Of a DNA stretch of 64,000 nt, positions 30,893 to 40,283 are shown in pieces; within the stretch, counting starts at the first letter, position 1; each line of letters opens with the position of its first letter. The notes beneath the pieces are model-generated. The model saw nothing but the letters and a program-made list of their open reading frames with translations, ran no database searches and was not told where the DNA came from. Source of the DNA: Bacteroidales bacterium. Lineage in GTDB: Bacteria > Bacteroidota > Bacteroidia > Bacteroidales > UBA932. The translations under genes were made by a program, and so were the position numbers. The stretch is from NCBI GenBank assembly GCA_963677675.1, contig OY782180.1, positions 712,084 to 776,083 on the forward strand. Reading direction: 5' to 3'.

Positions 30893-32265
30893 TGCTAAAT
30901 CGCGCACTCTCCATTTCAATTATCGCCATTCTTTTTCTTCTCTCCCTTCAGGGGGCATGGCTCGTGAGAATCATTGAAAATGAGAAAACTAAATTTAAAA
31001 CTGATGCCGAAAAAATTTTAAAAGACGCTACAAATAAGGAATTAAACACAAGGCTAAAAACACTTAACCAAAGTAATTTTAGCGTAGTTCTTTCAAATAA
31101 TTTTTCTCCAGATAAAGTTTCTTCAAATACAAAGGTTCAAACTTTAGATATTTCCAAGTCAAGACCATACACAAAAGTTACTCTGGAAGAGGCTCTTCAA
31201 GAGGCATATAAAGATGATTTTCCTTTGAATCTGGATACTTTATCCGCAATTTTTTCAAGATTGCTGGCAAAAGAACAAAAATCTACAAATTACAAACTCG
31301 CATATATTTCCTCCGATACAACAAAAATCATTGAGTCTGAAAAGACAAATACAAATATATTTTTCCTGAACTCTTCATTTGAGACAACATTACCACTAAC
31401 TGTATCGAAAGATCTCTCAATTAAGGCAACTATTTTCTATCCCCGCACTGTATTTAAAGGAGACCTGCTTACAATATTGATTTTGTCCCTTGTTTTAACG
31501 ATATTTATTCTGTTCAGCATAGTCATGCAGACACGAATGTTATATAAACAGGTATCGCTTGCAAAGCTCAAGGAGAACATCACACACTTCCTCACGCACG
31601 AGCTCCGTTCACCTCTTCAGTCTTCAATAACCAATCTTGAGGTTGGGCAAATGGCCGACAGCAAAACAGCACCTTATTTTCTTGAGAAAACGAAGGAGCA
31701 GCTTTACTTTCTAAATGGACTCATCGAAAATATCCTGGATATAAATAAGTTTGAGAAACGTCAGTCTTCCCTTAAAAAAGAGCTGTTTGATATAAATGCA
31801 GCAATTGAACCGCATATCGCAAGGCATAATGTGGATGCGAAGAAAACCGTTACAATTTCCACAGACATCACACCCGGAAACGAGATGTTTTATGGCGACA
31901 AGCTTCATATTTCCAATGCTATTGGAAATCTTATAGACAATGCAATCAAGTATTCAAACGATCCTGTGAACATTATAGTTTCGGCAAAAGAAGACAAGCG
32001 TTTTTACAACATCTCTGTTGAAGACAACGGTATTGGAATACCAAAGGATGAACAATCAAAAGTATTTGAGAAATTCTACAGGGTAAATAAGAGAGAACAC
32101 TCTCAAAAAGGCAAGGGTTTCGGCCTCGGTCTAACTTATGTTATGTGGGTGGTTAAGGCCCATAAAGGAAAAATATCTCTCACCAGCGAGGTGGGAACGG
32201 GAAGTAAGTTTACATTATCACTAATTAAAAACGAACATGGCAAAGAAAATACTGCTCGCGGATGA
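30892..32265 (+). CDS. Sensor histidine kinase (2 TM, about 165-aa periplasmic domain, HisKA, HATPase)
   Basis: THELRSPL H-box, NLIDNAIKY N-box, DNGIGI, FEKFYRV, GFGLGL. Confidence 0.95.
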   Translation: MLNRALSISIIAILFLLSLQGAWLVRIIENEKTKFKTDAEKILKDATNKELNTRLKTLNQSNFSVVLSNNFSPDKVSSNTKVQTLDISKSRPYTKVTLEEALQEAYKDDFPLNLDTLSAIFSRLLAKEQKSTNYKLAYISSDTTKIIESEKTNTNIFFLNSSFETTLPLTVSKDLSIKATIFYPRTVFKGDLLTILILSLVLTIFILFSIVMQTRMLYKQVSLAKLKENITHFLTHELRSPLQSSITNLEVGQMADSKTAPYFLEKTKEQLYFLNGLIENILDINKFEKRQSSLKKELFDINAAIEPHIARHNVDAKKTVTISTDITPGNEMFYGDKLHISNAIGNLIDNAIKYSNDPVNIIVSAKEDKRFYNISVEDNGIGIPKDEQSKVFEKFYRVNKREHSQKGKGFGLGLTYVMWVVKAHKGKISLTSEVGTGSKFTLSLIKNEHGKENTARG

Positions 32266-32911
32266 CGAGTTAAACTTCGGCTATGCGATGAACGAGTTCC
32301 TGAAAATGAATGGTTATGACCTCAAATTCGTGAATGACGGGAGGAGTGCGCTTGAGCAATACCACATTTTTCACCCGGATCTTTTGCTTTTTGATGTAAA
32401 TATGCCTGAAATTGACGGATTCGAACTCGCTAAGCTAATACGGGCAACAGACAAAAACATTCCGATTATCTTTATCACCTCTATAAGCGACGACAGCAGC
32501 GTTGCAAACGGTTTTGAAATAGGCTGCAGCGACTACCTTAAAAAACCTTTCGGCCTTAGAGAGCTGATTATACGAGTTGAAAAATGTCTTAAAATTTCAA
32601 CAAAAGACAACGACATTTTTACAATCGGAAGCATGAATTATTCTCCGGAAGACAGAAGCCTCATTCAGCAGGATGGTTCATCAATTACCCTCTCATTCTA
32701 CGAAAACAGCCTTTTACAAATACTTTGCAACAACTACAATCAGATTTGCAAGATTAACGACCTTGTAAATACAATTTGGGGAGACAAAGATATCGATACA
32801 AAAAAATCTCTTGAGGCTCTGGCGTCTCACCTGAGAAAAAAGCTTTCAGAAACCGGCATTAATGTGGAGAACATACGCGGTGTGGGTTACAGACTCAGAA
32901 AAACGGAGTAA
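32237..32911 (+). CDS. OmpR/PhoB family response regulator
   Basis: ADDE, FDVNMP phospho-Asp, KKPF, winged helix ending NIRGVGYRL. Confidence 0.95.
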   Translation: MAKKILLADDELNFGYAMNEFLKMNGYDLKFVNDGRSALEQYHIFHPDLLLFDVNMPEIDGFELAKLIRATDKNIPIIFITSISDDSSVANGFEIGCSDYLKKPFGLRELIIRVEKCLKISTKDNDIFTIGSMNYSPEDRSLIQQDGSSITLSFYENSLLQILCNNYNQICKINDLVNTIWGDKDIDTKKSLEALASHLRKKLSETGINVENIRGVGYRLRKTE

Positions 32912-32950
32912 AGCTTTTTTTTATTAGATTTGTTCCGTAAATACAACAAC

Positions 32951-34714
32951 ATGAAAAATTTCTTAAAAATCGTGGCAGGAACCTTTGTGGGTTCGCTGCT
33001 GGCTATGGTACTTGGAACACTTATTCTTATAGGTGTAATAGGATCAATAGCATCTTTTACCGAAAGTAAAACGCCAACAGTACCCGATTCTGCAATTCTT
33101 GGAATCAGCTTCGCTTCGGCAATAACCGAACAGTCAATAGAGGACCCTTTTGCAGCATTTAATCCTTTCGCAAACGCTTCTTCTAAATCTACCGGAATAC
33201 TGGATTTTATTCAGACAATTGACAGGGCCGCGACCGATCCTGCAATTAAGATGGTATATCTGAATCTCAATGAACTGAATGCCGGAATCAGCCATATTGA
33301 AGAGATTCGCGCAGCCCTTGTAAGGTTCAGGGAAAGCGGCAAGCCAATTATAGCGTATGCAGACAATTACTCACAGGCGGGATATTATCTTGCATCTGCA
33401 TCAGATAAGGTATATTTAAATCCTGCAGGAACTGCAACATTAACCGGGCTTAGCCTTAGCACTTTATTTTTTAAAGATTTGCTGGACAAGGCAGGAGTAG
33501 AAGTTCAGCTCATTCGCCACGGAAAGTTTAAAGCTGCTGCCGAACAGTTCATCAGCAATAAAATGAGCGACGAAAACCGCGAACAACTTCAGGCATACCT
33601 TGATGCCGTATGGAATACATGGATGACAGATATTTCTGCTTCAAGAAGAATGCCTGTCGAAAAGATTAACGAACTTACAAATAACCTTCAGCTTGGTACA
33701 GCAAAACAGGCACTTGAAGCAGGCCTTGTCGACGGCCTTTTATATAAGGATGAGCTTACAGACACACTTGTTCATCTTTTTGGAGTTAAAGACGAGAAAG
33801 CTCTTAAGGTAATCTCTTCTTCCGATTATTCTAAAGCTACCAAAAAGCTTAACCTGAAAGAGAAAAACAAAATCGCTGTTGTTTATGCCAATGGTGACAT
33901 TATTATGGGCAAATCGGACGAAAACATTGCATCCGACAACTTTGTTGCGCTTCTTGCCAAAGTAAGGAAAGACAGCTCAATTAAGGCAGTTGTGCTAAGG
34001 GTAAACTCTCCGGGTGGATCTGCTCAGAGTTCCGAGATTATTGAACGCGAGCTTGCACTTTTGCGTAAGGACAAACCGGTTGTAGTGAGCATGGGAGACT
34101 ATGCCGCTTCTGGGGGATACTGGATTGCTTCTAATGCAGACAAAATTGTTACAAACAATACTACGCTCACAGGTTCTATTGGTGTGTTCAGCATGGTTTT
34201 AAATGCTCAAAAGACACTCAACAAACACTTGTCGATAAATACAGCAACCGTTAATACAAATAAACACAGCGATATAATGTCCGGCTACAGATCTCTTGAC
34301 AATGAAGAAATTGCATTTATCCAGTCTTCTGTTGAGGTAATTTATACCGACTTTGTGAATCTGGTTTCTAAAGGCAGGAACTTATCTGCAGAAAAAGTAG
34401 ATTCTATTGGACAGGGCAGAATATGGTCAGGTGCAGATGCATTGAAAATCGGCCTGGCAGATGAGAAGGGCGGCATATCGGAAGCTCTTAAGGTTGCAGC
34501 TGCAATGGGCGAGGTTGAAACATACAGAATTGTTGAGTACCCTGTCATTAAATCGCAGATAGACAAAATCATTGAGACCCTTTCCGAAACAGGCGAGAGT
34601 GCAAAAGTGATAGCAAACCCTGAGATAATTCTTGAGAAAGCATACGCCAGACTTCGCAACGAATCCGGCATTAAAACATATGCCCGTCTTCCATTTAACG
34701 TAAATATCCGGTAA
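32951..34714 (+). CDS. sppA: Signal peptide peptidase SppA (67-kDa type, S49)
   Basis: YYLASASD, RHGKFKAA, LRVNSPGGS, SMGDYAASGGYWIA, TGSIGV, GQGRIWSG. Confidence 0.96.
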   Translation: MKNFLKIVAGTFVGSLLAMVLGTLILIGVIGSIASFTESKTPTVPDSAILGISFASAITEQSIEDPFAAFNPFANASSKSTGILDFIQTIDRAATDPAIKMVYLNLNELNAGISHIEEIRAALVRFRESGKPIIAYADNYSQAGYYLASASDKVYLNPAGTATLTGLSLSTLFFKDLLDKAGVEVQLIRHGKFKAAAEQFISNKMSDENREQLQAYLDAVWNTWMTDISASRRMPVEKINELTNNLQLGTAKQALEAGLVDGLLYKDELTDTLVHLFGVKDEKALKVISSSDYSKATKKLNLKEKNKIAVVYANGDIIMGKSDENIASDNFVALLAKVRKDSSIKAVVLRVNSPGGSAQSSEIIERELALLRKDKPVVVSMGDYAASGGYWIASNADKIVTNNTTLTGSIGVFSMVLNAQKTLNKHLSINTATVNTNKHSDIMSGYRSLDNEEIAFIQSSVEVIYTDFVNLVSKGRNLSAEKVDSIGQGRIWSGADALKIGLADEKGGISEALKVAAAMGEVETYRIVEYPVIKSQIDKIIETLSETGESAKVIANPEIILEKAYARLRNESGIKTYARLPFNVNIR

Positions 34715-34770
34715 CTTCTTTGAGGGTGGCCCTGCAGCCGGGCACCTGCACAGGCAGTTATTTGTTTTTT

Positions 34771-34825
34771 AAATAGTTACTAAACATTTTGAGATATGAT
34801 GTCTCATAATATTTAGTAACTATTT
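34771..34825. terminator. Long inverted repeat between the convergent sppA and membrane-protein genes
   Basis: AAATAGTTACTAAA...TTTAGTAACTATTT (14 bp) with an inner TGAGA/TCTCA pair. Confidence 0.5.
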
Positions 34826-34872
34826 GTATGTTATGCGATTCATTAAATAGACCTGCGACGAAGGAGCACCTA

Positions 34873-35718
34873 TTATTTCCAATAAATTGCGCTGGCAGTA
34901 TAAGTAATAATGACAGCCAATAATCCGGAAATAATCACAGAAAGAACGCGGGTTCTCTTTTTATCGCTTTTCAAAAAAAGGTAGATTCCCGAAGACAATA
35001 TCAATGTAGAGATTAAAGCAATAAAAATCATCCATGTGGTATACATTTCATCACTTAATATCCATACAAAGATTGGAACAAATCCGTAGAGAGCGAAGAG
35101 TATCAAAGCAGGTTCTTCCTTAATCCTTTCTATAATTTTCTTAATTGGCTCACTGCTTGGCCTGATAATAAGACTAATTATGAGAGTGATTATTAATGGA
35201 GTCCATGCCCACAACCCCAGAACTCCATCTGAAAGGCCCGAAATTACCACCATCATTAAAAACACGCTTAATAACAGGCAAAAACCTATAGCAGGAAAAG
35301 ACCAGCGTGGGAAATTTTTTATCCATCCAATACCTAATAGTACAAACATCGAAATTACAGCTGTTATGAACAAAAACATTTGTATAAGAGCAGGAACATT
35401 AAATCCTGAGTTGGAAAACGCCCATGACAGACCGAATAGTCCGAAAGGAATTGTGGCCAACAAAGATGTGCGGGAAGAAAATGAAGTTTCCATATTCAAT
35501 ATTTTTAATGTGTACGTTTCAATCGTTTTCATCTCATATCCGGGAAGCTGACTGAACGATGCTTGCAGGGAATCTTCAAAAGATGCCCCTTCCGACATAT
35601 TTTGCTCAATGATGCAGCATAGATGATCAAGAAAATCTCCGAAAATCAACCGGCTCTCAATATTATTCTTTATAAGATACTGTTTAACCTCCTTGACCTG
35701 TAATTTATTTAACATCAT
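34873..35718 (-). CDS. Multi-pass membrane protein with an N-terminal helical (HAAS-like) domain, PadR partner
   Basis: DFLDHLCCIIEQNMSEGASFEDS N-terminal motif, about 7 TM; overlaps the padR stop. Confidence 0.7.
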   Translation of the reverse strand: MMLNKLQVKEVKQYLIKNNIESRLIFGDFLDHLCCIIEQNMSEGASFEDSLQASFSQLPGYEMKTIETYTLKILNMETSFSSRTSLLATIPFGLFGLSWAFSNSGFNVPALIQMFLFITAVISMFVLLGIGWIKNFPRWSFPAIGFCLLLSVFLMMVVISGLSDGVLGLWAWTPLIITLIISLIIRPSSEPIKKIIERIKEEPALILFALYGFVPIFVWILSDEMYTTWMIFIALISTLILSSGIYLFLKSDKKRTRVLSVIISGLLAVIITYTASAIYWK

Positions 35719-36052
35719 AAACTAAAGGTTTTAAATCAAACAATTGTACCAACATAGAAATTGATTCTTTGATTTCTTCCAGTTTTACGACAGCCGTTTG
35801 TTTGCCTGATTCTGAAAGAAGATAATATTTCCTCTCCCTGTTCCCTATCCATTCGCTTTCTGTCACCAAAATACCCTCATCCACCAGCTTATGTAGTGCC
35901 GGATACAAAGCACCTTCGGTTATGAGAATTTTTTGAGAGGATAGCTCTTTTACCTTTTGCGTAATCTGATATCCATACATTTTTCCCTCATCATTAATTA
36001 ACTTTATAATCAGAGGTTTAATTGTTCCTTTTAGAATTTCTTGTGAAAACAT
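35705..36052 (-). CDS. PadR family transcriptional regulator
   Basis: EILKGTI, MYGYQITQKV, ITEGALYPALHKL, RERKYY. Confidence 0.95.
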   Translation of the reverse strand: MFSQEILKGTIKPLIIKLINDEGKMYGYQITQKVKELSSQKILITEGALYPALHKLVDEGILVTESEWIGNRERKYYLLSESGKQTAVVKLEEIKESISMLVQLFDLKPLVYDVK

Positions 36053-36108
36053 AATTGCTGGTCTTTTAAGTTGTTATTCCAATTCTGAAACAAATATAAT
36101 TATTTTTC

Positions 36109-36135
36109 ATTATACATAATAATGTTATGTATAAT
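36109..36135. promoter_or_regulatory. Perfect 11-bp inverted repeat upstream of padR (probable operator)
   Basis: ATTATACATAA-TAATG-TTATGTATAAT, just upstream of a minus-strand TATATTTG -7 box at 36091-36098. Confidence 0.6.
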
Positions 36136-36249
36136 TTTATTATGCATTATGATAAAAAATAAAAGGGAGGCCTGGCCCTAATTGAAAGGAGACGAAGTGT
36201 CAACCGATTTCAGGACTGGGCACGGTCGTCTCCGGCGGGGAAACAACAA

Positions 36250-36278
36250 AAGAGGCGGGCCTTGCGGGCCCGCCTCTT
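36250..36278 (-). terminator. Intrinsic terminator of the DUF4402 gene
   Basis: 12-bp GC stem AAGAGGCGGGCC/GGCCCGCCTCTT followed by a T-rich tract on the minus strand. Confidence 0.85.
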
Positions 36279-36298
36279 CGTATTTTTAGAGTTATCTC

Positions 36299-36808
36299 TT
36301 AGTTATAGTTAACAGTTACTGTGAAAGGAGTTGAAGAAGTATAAGTTCCGGCAGCCTGGCTTGCACCTACATTTAGAGTAGCTCCTACTTTAAGAGTCTG
36401 TGTTCCACTTGTAAGAACACCTGTTCCGCCCGGGTTGCTTGTAAATGCATTTACAGTCATGTTATTACTACCGGAAGTAACTGTAGTTGCAGTACTTGGT
36501 AATGTAATTGCATATGTGTAACCTGCCTGTCCTGTAACAGTAAATTCAGCTGCAGCGATTGTTCCTGAAGTAGCAGGAAGAGTAACACCGCCTGTAGCAG
36601 AACGTGTGCCTGCAGTTGCTAGAACAACTGTTCCGGCAGAAGAACTAACGGCAACATTACCAAAATTCATATCAACGGTTTTTGAAATAGCGATTGGAGT
36701 TACAATAGTACTGGTTGCAGTAGCTGTTGCAGAAACCTGAGCGAATGAAGTTGCAGAGAAACCGATGATGGCGATTGCGAGGGAGAAAATTTTGATTGTT
36801 GTTTTCAT
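36299..36808 (-). CDS. DUF4402 family secreted protein (Ig-like, pilin/fimbrial-subunit-like)
   Basis: Signal peptide, IVTPIAISKTVDMNFG, VGATLNV, YT...FTVTVNYN terminal strand; very Thr/Ala/Gly-rich. Confidence 0.8.
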   Translation of the reverse strand: MKTTIKIFSLAIAIIGFSATSFAQVSATATATSTIVTPIAISKTVDMNFGNVAVSSSAGTVVLATAGTRSATGGVTLPATSGTIAAAEFTVTGQAGYTYAITLPSTATTVTSGSNNMTVNAFTSNPGGTGVLTSGTQTLKVGATLNVGASQAAGTYTSSTPFTVTVNYN

Positions 36809-37108
36809 AAAATTTTTTTATTTTTTTCTTTATTATTTATTCAATTTTTTTGAATTGTTCGTTCTTGCCTTACTATAAGTCACAATGTGTGCCATGATTT
36901 TTAAAATAATTTGAAAAAAAACACGAAAAACTCCCTATCATTTTTATAAAACGCAGATATACAAAGCAATAAATTTTAAAAATTTCTCTCCGGGATATGA
37001 ATATTGAGCCAATTTAATGGTAAACAGAGAGCAGTGTAAAAGAAATTATTTTACAACGTGTAAAGGAATTTTATACACAAAATGAGTCGCAACTCGCGGC
37101 CGGAGAAT

Positions 37109-38500
37109 CTACTTTAGAAGATGAGCCTCGAGTATTCTGGCTGTAGATGCAGATATCTTGAACCGGTCGTCTATGCGTTCGCCAAGCAGACAAAGTATCT
37201 GTCCTTTTGCCGAAATGAGTACATACCGGTTTTCTTTTGTGAACATATCCCTCTTTACATCGGTGAGATAGTCACTCACTTTTTTGTTGCCAAACATTCC
37301 AAGAGGGCGGAACTTATCTCCGTCTTTCCATTTTCTTACCGAAAGCGGAAACTCAATTTTATCGGCGTCCATAAAGAAAATCTTATTTGAAGGAGCAGGC
37401 GTGAACTGAGCGGTTTTCTCGTAAACAGAAATTTCCACAATATCGCTAATGGTCAAATGGTCACCGGCATTTTCCGGAAGAGGAATAGAAGTAGTGATGA
37501 GCCCGGCGTTTTCCGGAAGAGTAATGGGAGTGATAATGAGTTTGTCCCTGTCCTTCAATACGCGATGGGTAGAAGAGTAAAATAGTTTGCCGGGATTCCC
37601 GTTTAGCGATGCAGATACCTGCCGCACCTGATCGGAATTAAAACCATACTCCTCAAGAAGCATGAACAGCCAGTACTCGGGATATTTTTCAGACAAAAGC
37701 GGTTCAAGAAGAAATTCAGTTTTTTCCGGAGAGCTTTCGGGCACCACTATTTTCTCTTTCTTTTGCAGATATAAATCCCTGAGGATGTTTCCTGCTATAG
37801 TAAAATGTTTGATGCTTTTTTCCGCCGTATGTAAAAAAGAGCTGTTTATCTCTTCAACGAGAGGGAATATCAGATTTCTTATTTTATTTCTTGAGTAGTG
37901 ATTTTCGAAATTAGTATGATCGTGATAATACTTAACTTCCTCTTTGACTGCGTATTCTTCAATCTCTTTACGGGTAAATCCAAGTAAAGGGCGGATAATT
38001 TTTTTGCCTTTTAAAGGTATTTCGACAACTTCTCTTATTGCAGCAAGTCCGTCAACACCTGTACCTCTGAGAATATTTATAAACAGAGTCTCAACTGTAT
38101 CATTCAGATTATGGGCTATTGCAAGACATTCAAATCCTTCTTTGTCCATAAGCTCATAAAACCACTCGTAGCGGAGCTCTCTCGCTGCCATCTGGATAGA
38201 TATTCCTTTTGAAAGAGCATATCCCTCTGTATCGAAAGATTTCGAATAGAACTTTATGTTGTTTTCCCCTGCCCAGTTGCGCACAAGAACTTCGTCCCTG
38301 TCGCTCTCTTCCCCCCTGAGGTTAAAATTTACAGTTGCAACAGCAAAATTGGGATATTGACATTTAAGAATAAGGTTGGCCATAGACATCGAGTCTATAC
38401 CCCCGCTCACAGCAACAAGTACCCCCGGATACTTTTGAGTGTTTTGAGCAGAGATTGCCCCTGTTAAAAAGAGGAACTTCTCTTTAAATCGTTCCTGCAT
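37109..38500 (-). CDS. tilS: tRNA(Ile)-lysidine synthetase
   Basis: AVSGGIDS PP-loop, AARELRY, AHNLND, IIRPLL, YSRNKIR. Confidence 0.96.
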   Translation of the reverse strand: MQERFKEKFLFLTGAISAQNTQKYPGVLVAVSGGIDSMSMANLILKCQYPNFAVATVNFNLRGEESDRDEVLVRNWAGENNIKFYSKSFDTEGYALSKGISIQMAARELRYEWFYELMDKEGFECLAIAHNLNDTVETLFINILRGTGVDGLAAIREVVEIPLKGKKIIRPLLGFTRKEIEEYAVKEEVKYYHDHTNFENHYSRNKIRNLIFPLVEEINSSFLHTAEKSIKHFTIAGNILRDLYLQKKEKIVVPESSPEKTEFLLEPLLSEKYPEYWLFMLLEEYGFNSDQVRQVSASLNGNPGKLFYSSTHRVLKDRDKLIITPITLPENAGLITTSIPLPENAGDHLTISDIVEISVYEKTAQFTPAPSNKIFFMDADKIEFPLSVRKWKDGDKFRPLGMFGNKKVSDYLTDVKRDMFTKENRYVLISAKGQILCLLGERIDDRFKISASTARILEAHLLK

Positions 38501-39498
38501 TATTTTTTATATTGGCCAAATGTATGTGAGAATCCTATGGATAAAATTTCTTTAAACTGAACCCTCTTGTCAAGTACACTATTCTTGTCCGGGATGAGGA
38601 TGTTGTCGTCGTAAATAAGGTTTGTTCTGATGTTTGCGGAAAAATACTTATTTATTTTTGTATCAACAAACAAATCCCAGTAGACCTTAATATTTTGCGG
38701 TTTGCCAAGGAAATCGGAGAAAAGGATTAATGTAGAAGCAACTGCAACATCTTTAGAAAGCTGCTGTTTATAATCTACTTTCAGCTGAGCACCAAGTTCC
38801 AGTTTCGCCGGCTGATCAATTCTGTTTCCGTATTTTGTCCTCAGAGATTCTTTTGTAACAACAACCAGGTTGCTTGTAAGCGGAGAAAAGTTGACAGAGA
38901 CAGCTCTTACCGGTTTATAGTCGAGACCAACACCAAGAGAGAAATAGGCCGGTGAGAACGGGCCGGACACCAGAGTTTTCCCTATGTTTGCCGGATAGTT
39001 AAAACTATTGGAAAACTGAGAGCGGAAGTTGAATGCAGTAGAAAAGAAGATCTTTTTCCAAGCCCGGTAACCGTATTTGCTATCGAAAATTATTTTGTCA
39101 TCGCTCTTTTTAAAATTCTCCCCAAACGAGTTGATAAACCCCCATGCAAGCTGCAGCCTGTTTTCCCAGAACATATCCCCTGCCTCGTATGTCTTGAAAG
39201 TATTTAAGTAGGCATTTAGCGCCACAGATGAATACCCTCCTGCTGCCCAGTTTGTGAGAGACATTTGTGAAAAGCCCATTTGAAGAAGGGCCCCGCTTTT
39301 CCAGCTGCTCTTTTTCGCCTCCACGGGTTTTTTCATGTCCGGAATAGAGAACTGTGAAGTTAAGTTTAATATTATCTGATGGGATTTAGACAAACCAGGT
39401 ACTGAATGTCTGTCCTGTATCTGCATTTTTGCATCCTGAGCGGAAAGAGAAATTGATAAAAATAAAAAAGCTGTGAAAAATAGTGATAATCTTTTCAT
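38500..39498 (-). CDS. DUF3078 domain outer-membrane beta-barrel protein
   Basis: FSQMSLTNWAAGG, KKSDDK, FRSQFS, SPAY...GLDYK, LIYDDN, QFKEILSIG. Confidence 0.82.
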   Translation of the reverse strand: MKRLSLFFTAFLFLSISLSAQDAKMQIQDRHSVPGLSKSHQIILNLTSQFSIPDMKKPVEAKKSSWKSGALLQMGFSQMSLTNWAAGGYSSVALNAYLNTFKTYEAGDMFWENRLQLAWGFINSFGENFKKSDDKIIFDSKYGYRAWKKIFFSTAFNFRSQFSNSFNYPANIGKTLVSGPFSPAYFSLGVGLDYKPVRAVSVNFSPLTSNLVVVTKESLRTKYGNRIDQPAKLELGAQLKVDYKQQLSKDVAVASTLILFSDFLGKPQNIKVYWDLFVDTKINKYFSANIRTNLIYDDNILIPDKNSVLDKRVQFKEILSIGFSHTFGQYKK

Positions 39499-39522
39499 GG
39501 AACCTCTCCTATATATTAAAAA

Positions 39523-40221
39523 TTAAGCATCAAGTACGTCATCGGAATTGTACTTGTATCCCATCCTTTTGCCTGTCTGCAGTTTTGCGCTTTCAATCTT
39601 GTCATTAATCTGCTCTACGCTAGCAACTTTAACCAAATCAAACGGAGGTACCAGAAGGTCAAAAGAGAGTGTATACAGTATTGCTGTTTCAATAACCGAT
39701 ACCAGTTCCTCTTTTGTCAACTGGCTTTTGCCAAAACTTCTGACCGATCTTTTCTGCCTTTTCCCCTCAACAAGGAAGTATTTGTCCTTATTCACAAAAA
39801 TACGGGCAACAAGATAGCCAAGGTCTTCAATCCTGTTGTATTTCAGGGAATCCGACAGAAAGTTATATACATTTATTACTCCGCAATAGGCATTATCGGC
39901 ATCATTCTTAACAAAATCGGTTTTCCAGATGGAGTGATCCCTGTCAAACTGAAAAATATCGGAATGCATGCTAAAAATTAGGACATCATCTGCAAATTTC
40001 AGTTCGGCTTCGAATTTTCCCCTGTCTCTGTATTCAAGCCTCACTCTCCTGTCGTTAACGTTATCCAGAAGGTCATTAAGGTCGTTGCTCATTTCGTTGA
40101 GCACATCCTTAAGCTGATTGAAAACCTCCATTGTATGGTTGAAAACCTGAACTTTTGTGCGGGATTTGGAATTTAACCCCTTTAAAATATCCTGCTGCCT
40201 GGACGGTAAATCTGATGACAT
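39523..40221 (-). CDS. Conserved hypothetical protein
   Basis: Full-length ORF with host-like codon usage in the proS-tilS run. Confidence 0.75.
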   Translation of the reverse strand: MSSDLPSRQQDILKGLNSKSRTKVQVFNHTMEVFNQLKDVLNEMSNDLNDLLDNVNDRRVRLEYRDRGKFEAELKFADDVLIFSMHSDIFQFDRDHSIWKTDFVKNDADNAYCGVINVYNFLSDSLKYNRIEDLGYLVARIFVNKDKYFLVEGKRQKRSVRSFGKSQLTKEELVSVIETAILYTLSFDLLVPPFDLVKVASVEQINDKIESAKLQTGKRMGYKYNSDDVLDA

Positions 40222-40283
40222 TTTCTCTATTTTAAAATATAAGTGAATTAAAAATTTTTATAAAAATACAAATAAAATCCAAT

